The translations under genes and the position numbers were made by a program. 64,000 bases of DNA, taken from positions 186,001 through 250,000 of the forward strand of contig JBHGNT010000023.1 of assembly GCA_043228905.1 (NCBI GenBank), in the 5' to 3' direction. The notes under the pieces are model-generated. The model worked only from the letters and a program-made list of their open reading frames with translations, made no database searches and had not been told where the DNA came from. This DNA is from Azolla caroliniana. Its lineage: Eukaryota; Plantae; Polypodiophyta. Within the stretch, counting starts at the first letter, position 1. Each line of letters starts with the position of its first letter. Positions 1 to 13,600 of this stretch are shown in pieces.

Positions 1-1732
1 CAAGAGCTAGTAGGTAAATTAAAATGTTCATACCTGGCTCGTGCGATATCGGATTTCTGTGTTCAAACATGCGAATCGAAGCTAACTACGCTAGCTATGA
101 TACAGAATTAAAAAATCAAGATTTTGAAACTCAGGTCGAGAGACATGACCGAATTAGCAAATTTGAGGAGGGAGTGGACAAGAGCTAGTAGGTAAATTAA
201 AATGTTCATACGTGGCTCGTGTGATATCGGATTTTTGTGTTGAAACTTGCGAATCGAAGCTAACAACGCTTGCTATGATACAGAATTAAAAAATCAAGAT
301 TTTGAAACTCAGGTCGAGAGACATGTAGAAATTAGCAAATTTGAGGAGGGAGTGGAGAAGAGCGCGTAGGTAAATTAAAATGTTCATACCTGGCTCGTGC
401 GACATCGGATTTTTGTGTTCAAACATGCGAATCGAAGCTAACTACGCTTACTATGATACAGAATTAAAAAAGCAAGATTTTGAAACTCAGGTCGAGAGAC
501 ATGAAGAAATTAGCAAATTTGAGGAGGGAGTGGACAAGAGCTAGTAGGTAAATTAATATGTTCATGGCTGGCTCGTGTGATATCGGACTTTTGTATTCAA
601 ACTTGCGAATCGAAGCTAACAACGCTTGCTATGACACAGAATTAAAAAATCAAGATTTTGAAACTCAGGTGGAGAGACATGAAGAAATTAGCAAATTTGA
701 GGAGGGAGTGGACAAGACCTAGTAGGTAAATTAAATGTTCATACCTGGCTCGTGTGATATCGGACTTTTGTGTTCAAACATGAGAATCAAAGCTAACAAC
801 GCTTGCTATGATACAAAATTAAAAAATCAAGATTTTGAAACTCAGGTCGAGAAACATGAAGAAATTAGCAAACTTGAGGAGGGAGTGGACAAGAGCGCGT
901 AGGTAAATTAAAATGTTCATACCTGGCTCGTGTGATATCGGATTTTTCTGTTCAAACATGCGAATCGAAACTAACTACGCTAGCTATGATACAGAATTAA
1001 AAAATCAAGATTTTGAAACTCAGGTCAAGAGACATGAAGAAATTAGCAAATTTGAGGAGCGAGTGGACAAGAGATAGTAGCTAAATTAAAATGTTCATAC
1101 CTGGCTCGTGTGATATAGGATTTTTGTGTTCAAACATGGAATCGAAGCTAACTACGCTACCTATGATACAGAATTAAAAAATCAAGATTTTGAAACTCAG
1201 GTCAAGAGACATGAAGAAATTAGCAAATTTGAGGAGGGAGTGGACAAGAGATAGTAGGTAAATTAAAATGTTCATACCTGGCTCGCGTGATATCGGATTT
1301 TTGTGTTCAAACATGCGAATCGAAGCTAACTACGCTAGCTATGATATAGAATTAAAAAATCAAGATTTTGAAACTTAGGTCGAGAGACATGAACAAATTA
1401 GCAAATTTGAGGAGGGAGTGGACAAGAGCTAGTAGGTAAATTAAAATGTTCATACGTGGCTCGTGTGATATCGGATTTTTGTGTTGAAACTTGCGAATCG
1501 AAGCTAACAACGCTTGCTATGATACAGAATTAAAACATCAAGATTTTGAAACTCAGGTCGAGAGACATGAAGAAATTAGCAAATTTGAGGAGGGAGTGGA
1601 GAAGAGCGCGTAGGTAAATTAAAATATTCATACCTGGCTCGTGTGATATTGGATTTTTCTGTTCAAACATGCGAATCGAAACTAACTACGCTAGCTATGA
1701 TACAGAATTAAAAAATCAAGATTTTGAAACTC

Positions 1733-4700
1733 AGGTCGAGAGACATGAAACAAATTAGCAAATTTGAGGAGGGAGTGGACAAGAGATAGTAGCTAAATTA
1801 AAATGTTCATACCTGGCTCGTGTGATATCGGATTTTTGTGTTCCAACATGCGAATCGAAGCTAGCTACGCTACCGATGATACAGAACTAAAAAATCAAGA
1901 TTTTGAAACTCAGGTCGAGAGACATGAACAAATTAGCAAATTTTAGGAGGGAGTGGACAAGAGATAGTAGGTAAATTAAAATGTTCATACCTGGCTCGTG
2001 TGATATCGGATTTTTGTGTTCAAACATGTGAATCGAAGCTAACTACGCTAACTATGATATAGAATTAAAAAATCAAGATGTTGAAACTCAGGTCGAGAGA
2101 CATGAAGAAATTAGCAAATTTGAGGAGGGACTGGACAAGACCTAGTAGGTAAATTAAAATGTTCATACCTGGCTCGTTTGATATCGGATTTTTGTGTTCA
2201 AACATGCGAATCGAAGCTAACTACGCTAGCTATGATATAGAATTAAAAAATCAAGATTTTGAAACTCAGGTCGAGAGACATGAACAAATTAGCAAATTTG
2301 AGGAGGGAGTGGACAAGAGATAGTAGGTAAATAAAAATGTTCATACCTGGCTCGCGTGATATCGGATTTTTGTGTTCAAACATGCGAATCGAAGCTAACT
2401 ACGCTAGCTATGATACAGAATTAAAAAATCAAGATTTTGAAACTCAGGTCGAGAGACATGAAGAAATTAGCAAATTTGAGGAGGGAGTGGACAAGAGCTA
2501 GTAGGTAAATTTAAATGTTCATACCTGGCTCGTTTGATATCGGATTTTTGTGTTCAAACATGCGAATCGAAGCTAACTACGCTAGCTATGATACAGAATT
2601 AAAAAATCAAGATTTTGAAACTCAGGTCGACAGACATGATAGAATTAGCAAATTTGAGGAGGGAGTGGACAAGAGCTAGTAGGTAAATTAAAATGTTCAT
2701 ACCTGGCTCGTTTGATATCGGATTTTTGTGTTCAAACATGCGAATCGAAGCTAACTACGCTAGCTATGATACAGAATTAAAAAATCAAGATTTTGAAACT
2801 CAGGTCGAGAGACATGAACCAATTAGCAAATTTGAGGAGGGAGTGGACAAGAGCTAGTAGGTAAATTAAAATGTTCATACCTGGCTCGTGTGATATCGGA
2901 TTTTTGTGTTCAAACTTGCGAATCGAAGCTAACTATGCTAGCTATGATATAGAATTAAAAAATCAAAGTTTTGAACCTCAGGTCGAGAGACATGAAGAAA
3001 TTAGCAAATTTGAGGAGGGAGTGGACAAGAGCTAGTAGGTAAATTAAAATGTTCATACCTGGCTCGTGTGATATCGGACTTTTGTGTTCAAACTTGCGAA
3101 TCGAAGCTAACAACGCTTGCTATGACACAGAATTAAAAAATCAAGATTTTGAAACTCAGGTCGAGAGACATGAAGAAATTAGAAAATTTGAGGAGGGAGT
3201 GGACAAGAGCTAGTAGGTAAATTAAAATGTTCATACCTGGCTCGTTTGATATCGGATTTTTGTGTTCAAACATGCAAATCGAAGCTAACTACACTAGCTA
3301 TGATACAGAATTAAAAAATCAAGATTTTGAAACTCAGGTCGAGAGACATGAAGAAATTAGCAAATGTGAGGAGGGAGTGGACAAGAGCGCGTAGGTAAAT
3401 TAAAATGTTCATACCTGGCTCGTGTGATATCGGACTTTTGTGTTCAAACTTGCGAATCGAAGCTAACGACGCTTGCTATGACACAGAATTAAAAAATCAA
3501 GATTTTGAAACTCAGGTCGAGAGACATGAAGAACTTAGCAAATGTGAGGAGGGAGTGGACAAGAGCTAGTAGGTAAATTAAAATGTTCATACCTGGCTCG
3601 TGTGATATCGGATTTTTGTGTTCAAACATGCGAATCGAAGCTAACTACGCTAGCTATGATACAGAATTAAAAAATCAAGATTTTGAAACTCAGGTCGAGA
3701 GACATGAGGAAATCAGCAAATTTGAGGAGGGAGTGGACAAGAGCTAGTAGGTAAATTAAAATGTTCATACCTGCCTCATGTGATATCGGAATTTTGTGTT
3801 CAAACTTGCGAATCGAAGATAACAACGCTTGCTATGATATAGAATTAAAAAATCAAGACTTTAAAACTCAGGTCGAGAGACATGACTGAATTAGCAAATT
3901 TGAGGAGGGAGTGGACAAGAGCTAGTAGGTAAATTAAAATGTTCATACCTGGCTCGTGCGATATCGGATTTTTGTGTTCAAACTTGCGAATCGAAGCTAA
4001 CAACGGTTGCTATGATACACAATTAAAAAATCAATATTTTGGAACTCAGGTCGAGAGACATAAAGAAATTAGCAACTTTGAGGAGGGAGTGGACAAGAGC
4101 GCGTAGGTAAATTAAAATGTTCATACGTGGCTCGTGTGATATCGGATTTTTGTGTTGAAACTTGCGAATCGAAGCTAACTACGCTAGCTATGATACAAAA
4201 TTAAAAAATCAAGATTTTGAAACTCAGGTCGAGAGACATGACCGAATTAGCAAATTTGAGGAGGGAGTGGACAAGAGCTAGTAGGTAAATTAAAATGTTC
4301 ATACCTGGCTCGTGTGATATCGGATTTTTGTGTTGAAACTTGCGAATCGAAGCTAACAACGCTTGCTATGATACAGAATTAAAACATCAAGATTTTGAAA
4401 CTCAGGTCGAGAGACATGAAGAAATTAGCAAATTTGAGGAGGGAGTGGAGAAGAGCGCGTAGGTAAATTAAAATGTTCATACCTGGCTCGTGCGACATCG
4501 GATTTCTGTGTTCAAACATGCGAATCGAAGCTAACTACGCTTACTATGATACAGAATTAAAAAATCAAGATTTTGAAACTCAGGTCGAGAGACATGAAGA
4601 AATTAGCAAATTTGAGGAGGGAGTGGAGAAGAGCGCGTTAGTAAATTAAAATGTTCATGCCTGGCTCGTGTGATATCGGACTTTTGTGTTCAAACTTGCG

Positions 4701-7700
4701 AATCGAAGCTAACAACGCTTGCTATGACACAGAATTAAAAAATCAAGATTTTGAAACTCAGGTCGAGAGACATGAAGAAATTAGCAAATTTGAGGAGGGA
4801 GTGGACAAGACCTAGTAGGTAAATTAAATGTTCATACGTGGCTCGTGTGATATCGGACTTTTGTGTTCAAACATGAGAATCGAAGCTAACAACGCTTGCT
4901 ATGATACAGAATTAAAAAATCAAAATTTTGAAACTCAGGTCGAGAAACATGAACAAATTAGCAAATTTGAGGAGGGAGTGGAGAAGAGCGCGTTAGTAAA
5001 TTAAAATGTTCATACGTGGCTCGTGTGATATCGGATTTTTGTGTTCAAACATGCAAATCGAAGCTAACTACACTAGCTATGATACAGAATTAAAAAATGA
5101 AGATTTTGAAACTCACGTCGAGAGATATGAACAAATTCGAAAATTTGAGGAGGGAGTGGACAAGAGCTAGTAGGTAAATTAAAATGTTCATACCTGGCTC
5201 GTGTGATATCGGATTTTTGTGTTCAAACATGAGAATCGAAGCTAACAACGCTTGCTATGATACAGAATTAAAAAATCAAGATTTTGAAACTCAGGTCGAA
5301 AGACATGAAGAAATTAGCAAATTTGAGGAGGGAGTGGACAAGAGCTAGTAGGTAAATTAAAATGTTCATACCTGGCTCGTGTGATATCGGATTTTTGTGT
5401 TCAAACATGCGAATTGAAGCTAACTATGCTTATTATGACACAGAATTAAAAAAATCAAGATTTTGAAACTCAGGTCGAGAGACATGAACAAATTAGCAAA
5501 TTTGAGGAGGGAGTGGACATGACCTAGTAGGTAAATTAAAATGTTCATACCCGGCTCGTGTGATATCGGATTTTTGTGTTCAAACATGAGAATCGAAGCT
5601 AACAACGCTTGCTATGATACAGAATTAAAAAATCAAGATTTTGAAACTCAGGTCGAGAGACATGAAGAAATTAGCAAATTTGAGGAGGGAGTGGACAAGA
5701 GCTAGTAGGTAAATTAAAATGTTCATACGTGGCTCGTGTGATATCAGATTTTGTGTTCAAACATGCGAATCGAAGCTAACTACACTAGCTATGATACAGA
5801 ATTAAAAAATCAAGATTTTGGAACTCAGGTCGAGAGACATGAAGAAATTAGCAAATTTGAGGAGGGAGTGGACAAGAGCTAGTAGGTAAATTAAAATGTT
5901 CATACCTGCCTTATGTGATATCGGATTTTTGTGTTCAAACTTGCGAATCGAAGCTAACAACGCTTGCTATGATATAGAATTAAAAAATCAAGACTTTAAA
6001 ACTCAGGTCGAGAGACATGACCGAATTAGCAAATTTGAGGAGGGAGTGGACAAGAGCTAGTAGGTAAATTAAAATGTTCATACCTGGCTCGTGCGATATC
6101 GGATTTTTGTGTTCAAACTTGCGAATCGAAGCTAACAACGGTTGCTATGATACACAATTAAAAAATCAATATTTTGGAACTCAGGTCGAGAGACATAAAG
6201 AAATTAGCAACTTTGAGGAGGGAGTGGACAAGAGCGCGTAGGTCGAGAGACATGAAACAAATTAGCAAATTTGAGGAGGGAGTGGACAAGAGATAGTAGC
6301 TAAATTAAAATGTTCATACCTGGCTCGTGTGATATCGGATTTTTGTGTTCCAACATGCGAATCGAAGCTAGCTACGCTACCGATGATACAGAACTAAAAA
6401 ATCAAGATTTTGAAACTCAGGTCGAGAGACATGAACAAATTAGCAAATTTTAGGAGGGAGTGGACAAGAGATAGTAGGTAAATTAAAATGTTCATACCTG
6501 GCTCGTGTGATATCGGATTTTTGTGTTCAAACATGTGAATCGAAGCTATCTACGCTAACTATGGTATAGAATTAAAAAATCAAGATGTTGAAACTCAGGT
6601 CGAGAGACATGAAGAAATTAGCAAATTTGAGGAGGGACTGGACAAGACCTAGTAGGTAAATTAAAATGTTCATACCTGGCTCGTTTGATATCGGATTTTT
6701 GTGTTCAAACATGCGAATCGAAGCTAACTACGCTAGCTATGATATAGAATTAAAAAATCAAGATTTTGAAACTCAGGTCGAGAGACATGAACAAATTAGC
6801 AAATTTGAGGAGGGAGTGGACAAGAGATAGTAGGTAAATAAAAATGTTCATACCTGGCTCGCGTGATATCGGATTTTTGTGTTCAAACATGCGAATCGAA
6901 GCTAACTACGCTAGCTATGATACAGAATTAAAAAATCAAGATTTTGAAACTCAGGTCGAGAGACATGAAGAAATTAGCAAATTTGAGGAGGGAGTGGACA
7001 AGAGCTAGTAGGTAAATTTAAATGTTCATACCTGGCTCGTTTGATATCGGATTTTTGTGTTCAAACATGCGAATCGAAGCTAACTACGCTAGCTATGATA
7101 CAGAATTAAAAAATCAAGATTTTGAAACTCAGGTCGACAGACATGATAGAATTAGCAAATTTGAGGAGGGAGTGGACAAGAGCTAGTAGGTAAATTAAAA
7201 TGTTCATACCTGGCTCGTTTGATATCGGATTTTTGTGTTCAAACATGCGAATCGAAGCTAACTACGCTAGCTATGATACAGAATTAAAAAATCAAGATTT
7301 TGAAACTCAGGTCGAGAGACATGAACCAATTAGCAAATTTGAGGAGGGAGTGGACAAGAGCTAGTAGGTAAATTAAAATGTTCATACCTGGCTCGTGTGA
7401 TATCGGATTTTTGTGTTCAAACTTGCGAATCGAAGCTAACTATGCTAGCTATGATATAGAATTAAAAAATCAAAGTTTTGAACCTCAGGTCGAGAGACAT
7501 GAAGAAATTAGCAAATTTGAGGAGGGAGTGGACAAGAGCTAGTAGGTAAATTAAAATGTTCATACCTGGCTCGTGTGATATCGGACTTTTGTGTTCAAAC
7601 TTGCGAATCGAAGCTAACAACGCTTGCTATGACACAGAATTAAAAAATCAAGATTTTGAAACTCAGGTCGAGAGACATGAAGAAATTAGAAAATTTGAGG

Positions 7701-10056
7701 AGGGAGTGGACAAGAGCTAGTAGGTAAATTAAAATGTTCATACCTGGCTCGTTTGATATCGGATTTTTGTGTTCAAACGTGCAAATCGAAGCTAACTACA
7801 CTAGCTATGATACAGAATTAAAAAATCAAGATTTTGAAACTCAGGTCGAGAGACATGAAGAAATTAGCAAATGTGAGGAGGGAGTGGACAAGAGCGCGTA
7901 GGTAAATTAAAATGTTCATACCTGGCTCGTGTGATATCGGACTTTTGTGTTCAAACTTGCGAATCGAAGCTAACGACGCTTGCTATGACACAGAATTAAA
8001 AAATCAAGATTTTGAAACTCAGGTCGAGAGACATGAAGAACTTAGCAAATGTGAGGAGGGAGTGGACAAGAGCTAGTAGGTAAATTAAAATGTTCATACC
8101 TGGCTCGTGTGATATCGGATTTTTGTGTTCAAACATGCGAATCGAAGCTAACTACGCTAGCTATGATACAGAATTAAAAAATCAAGATTTTGAAACTCAG
8201 GTCGAGAGACATGAGGAAATCAGCAAATTTGAGGAGGGAGTGGACAAGAGCTAGTAGGTAAATTAAAATGTTCATACCTGCCTCATGTGATATCGGAATT
8301 TTGTGTTCAAACTTGCGAATCGAAGATAACAACGCTTGCTATGATATAGAATTAAAAAATCAAGACTTTAAAACTCAGGTCGAGAGACATGACTGAATTA
8401 GCAAATTTGAGGAGGGAGTGGACAAGAGCTAGTAGGTAAATTAAAATGTTCATACCTGGCTCGTGCGATATCGGATTTTTGTGTTCAAACTTGCGAATCG
8501 AAGCTAACAACGGTTGCTATGATACACAATTAAAAAATCAATATTTTGGAACTCAGGTCGAGAGACATAAAGAAATTAGCAACTTTGAGGAGGGAGTGGA
8601 CAAGAGCGCGTAGGTAAATTAAAATGTTCATACGTGGCTCGTGTGATATCGGATTTTTGTGTTGAAACTTGAGAATCGAAGCTAACTACGCTAGCTATGA
8701 TACAAAATTAAAAAATCAAGATTTTGAAACTCAGGTCGAGAGACATGACCGAATTAGCAAATTTGAGGAGGGAGTGGACAAGAGCTAGTAGGTAAATTAA
8801 AATGTTCATACCTGGCTCGTGTGATATCGGATTTTTGTGTTGAAACTTGCGAATCGAAGCTAACAACGCTTGCTATGATACAGAATTAAAACATCAAGAT
8901 TTTGAAACTCAGGTCGAGAGACATGAAGAAATTAGCAAATTTGAGGAGGGAGTGGAGAAGAGCGCGTAGGTAAATTAAAATGTTCATACCTGGCTCGTGC
9001 GACATCGGATTTCTGTGTTCAAACATGCGAATCGAAGCTAACTACGCTTACTATGATACAGAATTAAAAAATCAAGATTTTGAAACTCAGGTCGAGAGAC
9101 ATGAAGAAATTAGCAAATTTGAGGAGGGAGTGGAGAAGAGCGCGTTAGTAAATTAAAATGTTCATGCCTGGCCGTGTGATATCGGACTTTTGTGTTCAAA
9201 CTTGCGAATCGAAGCTAACAACGCTTGCTATGACACAGAATTAAAAAATCAAGATTTTGAAACTCAGGTCGAGAGACATGAAGAAATTAGCAAATTTGAG
9301 GAGGGAGTGGACAAGACCTAGTAGGTAAATTAAATGTTCATACCTGGCTCGTGTGATATCGGACTTTTGTGTTCAAACATGAGAATCGAAGCTAACAACG
9401 CTTGCTATGATACAGAATTAAAAAATCAAAATTTTGAAACTCAGGTCGAGAAACATGAACAAATTAGCAAATTTGAGGAGGGAGTGGAGAAGAGCGCGTT
9501 AGTAAATTAAAATGTTCATACGTGGCTCGTGTGATATCGGATTTTTGTGTTCAAACATGCAAATCGAAGCTAACTACACTAGCTATGATACAGAATTAAA
9601 AAATGAAGATTTTGAAACTCACGTCGAGAGATATGAACAAATTCGAAAATTTGAGGAGGGAGTGGACAAGAGCTAGTAGGTAAATTAAAATGTTCATACC
9701 TGGCTCGTGTGATATCGGATTTTTGTGTTCAAACATGAGAATCGAAGCTAACAACGCTTGCTATGATACAGAATTAAAAAATCAAGATTTTGAAACTCAG
9801 GTCGAAAGACATGAAGAAATTAGCAAATTTGAGGAGGGAGTGGACAAGAGCTAGTAGGTAAATTAAAATGTTCATACCTGGCTCGTGTGATATCGGATTT
9901 TTGTGTTCAAACATGCGAATTGAAGCTAACTATGCTTATTATGACACAGAATTAAAAAAATCAAGATTTTGAAACTCAGGTCGAGAGACATGAACAAATT
10001 AGCAAATTTGAGGAGGGAGTGGACATGACCTAGTAGGTAAATTAAAATGTTCATAC
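1733..10056 (+). repeat. ~3.8-kb block duplication (1733 to ~5550 copied at 6240 to ~10056)
   Basis: Rare variants recur in the same order at offset 4507 (CATGAAACAAATT, CAAGATGTTG, TCAAAGTTTTGAACC, AAATGAAGAT...CACGTCGAGAGAT); offset is 4506 after a 1-bp deletion near 9172. Confidence 0.9.
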
Positions 10057-10637
10057 CTGGCTCGTGTGATATCGGATTTTTGTGTTCAAACATGTGAATC
10101 GAAGCTAACTACGCTTACTATAATACAGAATTAAAAAATCAAGATTTTGAAACTCAGGTCGAGAGACATGAACAAATTAGCAAATTTGAGGAGGGAGTGG
10201 ACAAGAGCTAGTAGGTAAATTAAAATGTTCATACCTGGCTCGTGTGATATCGGACTTTTGTATTCAAACTTGCGAATCGAAGCTAACAACGCTTGCTATG
10301 ACACAGAATTAAAAAATCAAGATTTTGAAACTTAGGTCGAGAGACATGAAGAAATTAGCAAATTTGAGGAGGGAGTGGTCAAGACCTAGTAGGTAAATTA
10401 AATGTTCATACCTGGCTCGTGTGATATCGGACTTTTGTGTTCAAACATGAGAATCAAAGCTAACAACGCTTGCTATGATACAAAATTAAAAAATCAAGAT
10501 TTTGAAACTCAGGTCGAGAAACATGAAGAAATTAGCAAACTTAAGGAGGGAGTGGACAAGAGCGCGTAGGTAAATTAAAATGTTCATACCTGGCTCGTGT
10601 GATATCGGACTTTTGTGTTCAAACATGCGAATCGAAG

Positions 10638-13600
10638 CTAACTACGCTTATTATGACACAGAATTAAAAAAATCAAGATTTTGAAACTCAGGTCGAGAGA
10701 CATGAAGAAATTAGCAAATTTGAGGAGGGAGTGGACATGACCTAGTAGGTAAATTAAAATGTTCATACCCGGCTCGTGTGATATCGGATTTTTGTGTTCA
10801 AACATGAGAATCGAAGCTAACAACGCTTGGTATGATACAGAATTAAAAAAGCAAGATTTTGAAACTCAGGTCGAGAGACATGAAGAAATTAGCAAATTTG
10901 AGGAGGGAGTGGACAAGAGCTAGTAGGTAAATTAATATGTTCATACCTGGCTCGTGTGATATCGGACTTTTGTGTTCAAACTTGCGAATCGAAGCTAACA
11001 ACCCTTGCTATGACACAGAATTAAAAAATCAAGATTTTGAAACTCAGGTCGAGAGACATGAAGAAATTAGCAAATTTGAGGAGGGAGTGGACAAGAGCGC
11101 GTAGGTAAATTAAAATGTTCATACCTGGCTCGTGTGATATCGGATTTTTGTGTTCAAAAATGCGAATCGAAGCTAACTACGCTAGCTATGATACAGAATT
11201 AAAAAATCAAGATTTTGAAACTCAGGTCGAGAGACATGAAGAAATTAGCAAATTTGAGGAGGGAGTGGACATGACCTGGTAGGTAAATTAAAATGTTCAT
11301 ACCTGGCTCGTGCGATATCGGATTTTTGTGTTCAAACATGCGAATCGAAGCTAACTACGCTAGCTATGATACAGAATTAAAAAATCAAGATTTTGAAACT
11401 CAGGTCGAGAGACATGACCGAATTAGCAAATTTGAGGAGGGAGTGGACAAGAGCTAGTAGGTAAATTAAAATGTTCATACCTGGCTCGTGTGATATCGGA
11501 TTTTTGTGTTGAAACTTGCGAATCGAAGCTAACAACGCTTGCTATGATACAGAATTAAAACATCAAGATTTTGAAACTCAGGTCGAGAGACATGAAGAAA
11601 TTAGCAAATTTGAGGAGGGAGTGGAGAAGAGCGCGTAGGTAAATTAAAATGTTCATACCTGGCTCGTGCGACATCGGATTTCTGTGTTCAAACATGCGAT
11701 TCGAAGCTAACTACGCTTACTATGATACAGAATTAAAAAATCAAGATTTTGAAACTCAGGTCGAGAGACATGAAGAAATTAGCAAATTTGAGGAGGGAGT
11801 GGAGAAGAGCGCGTTAGTAAATTAAAATGTTCATGCCTGGCTCGTGTGATATCGGACTTTTGTGTTCAAACTTGCGAATCGAAGCTAACAACGCTTGCTA
11901 TGAGACAGAATTAAAAAATCAAGATTTTGAAACTCAGGTCGAGAGACATGAAGAAATTAGCAAATTTGAGGAGGGAGTGGACAAGAGCTAGTAGGTAAAT
12001 TCAATGTTCATACCTGGCTCGTGTGATATCGGACTTTTGTGTTCAAACATGAGAATCGAAGCTAACAACGCTTGCTATGATACAGAATTAAAAAATCAAA
12101 ATTTTGAAACTCAGGTCGAGAAACATGAACAAATTAACAAATTTGAGGAGGGAGTGGAGAAGAGCGCGTTAGTAAATTAAAATGTTCATACGTGGCTCGT
12201 GTGATATCGGATTTTTGTGTTCAAACATGCAAATCGAAGCTAACAACCCTTGCTATGACACAGAATTAAAAAATCAAGATTTTGAAACTCAGGTCGAGAG
12301 ACATGAAGAAATTAGCAAATTTGAGGAGGGAGTGGACAAGAGCGCGTAGGTAAATTAAAATGTTCATACCTGGCTCGTGTGATATCGGATTTTTGTGTTC
12401 AAAAATGCGAATCGAAGCTAACTACGCTAGCTTTGATACAGAATTAAAAAATCAAGATTTTGAAACTCAGGTCGAGAGACATGAACAAATTAGCAAATTT
12501 GAGGAGGGAGTGGACAAGAGCTAGTAGGTAAATTAAAATGTTCATACCTGGCTCGTGCGATATCGGATTTCTGTGTTCAAACATGCGAATCGAAGCTAAC
12601 TACGCTTACTATGATACAGAATTAAAAAAGCAAGATTTTGAAACTCAGGTCGAGAGACATGAAGAAATTAGCAAATTTGAGGAGGGAGTGGACAAGAGCT
12701 AGTAGGTAAATTAATATGTTCATGCCTGGCTCGTGTGATATCGGACTTTTGTATTCAAACTTGCGAATCGAAGCTAACAACGCTTGCTATGACACAGAAT
12801 TAAAAAATCAAGATTTTGAAACTCAGGTGGAGAGACATGAAGAAATTAGCAAATTTGAGGAGGGAGTGGACAAGACCTAGTAGGTAAATTAAATGTTCAT
12901 ACCTGGCTCGTGTGATATCGGACTTTTGTGTTCAAACATGAGAATCAAAGCTAACAACGCTTGCTATGATACAAAATTAAAAAATCAAGATTTTGAAACT
13001 CAGGTCGAGAAACATGAAGAAATTAGCAAACTTGAGGAGGGAGTGGACAAGAGCGCGTAGGTAAATTAAAATGTTCATACCTGGCTCGTGTGATATCGGA
13101 CTTTTGTGTTCAAACATGCGAATCGAAGCTAACTACGCTTATTATGACACAGAATTAAAAAAATCAAGATTTTGAAACTCAGGTCGAGAGACATGAACAA
13201 ATTAGCAAATTTGAGGAGGGAGTGGACATGACCTAGTAGGTAAATTAAAATGTTCATACCCGGCTCGTGTGATATCGGATTTTTGTGTTCAAACATGAGA
13301 ATCGAAGCTAACAACGCTAGCTATGATACAGAATTAAAAAATCAAGATTTTGAAACTCAGGTCGAGAGACATGAACAAATTAGCAAATTTGAGGAGGGAG
13401 TGGACAAGAGCGCGTAGGTAAATAAAAATGTTCATACCTAGCTCGTGTGATATCGGATTTTTGTGTTCAAAAATGCGAATCGAAGCTAACTACGCTAGCT
13501 ATGATGCAGAATTAAAAAATCAAGATTTTGAAACTCAGGTCGAGAGACATGAACAAATTAGCAAATTTGAGGAGGGAGTGGACAAGAGCTAGTAGGTAAA

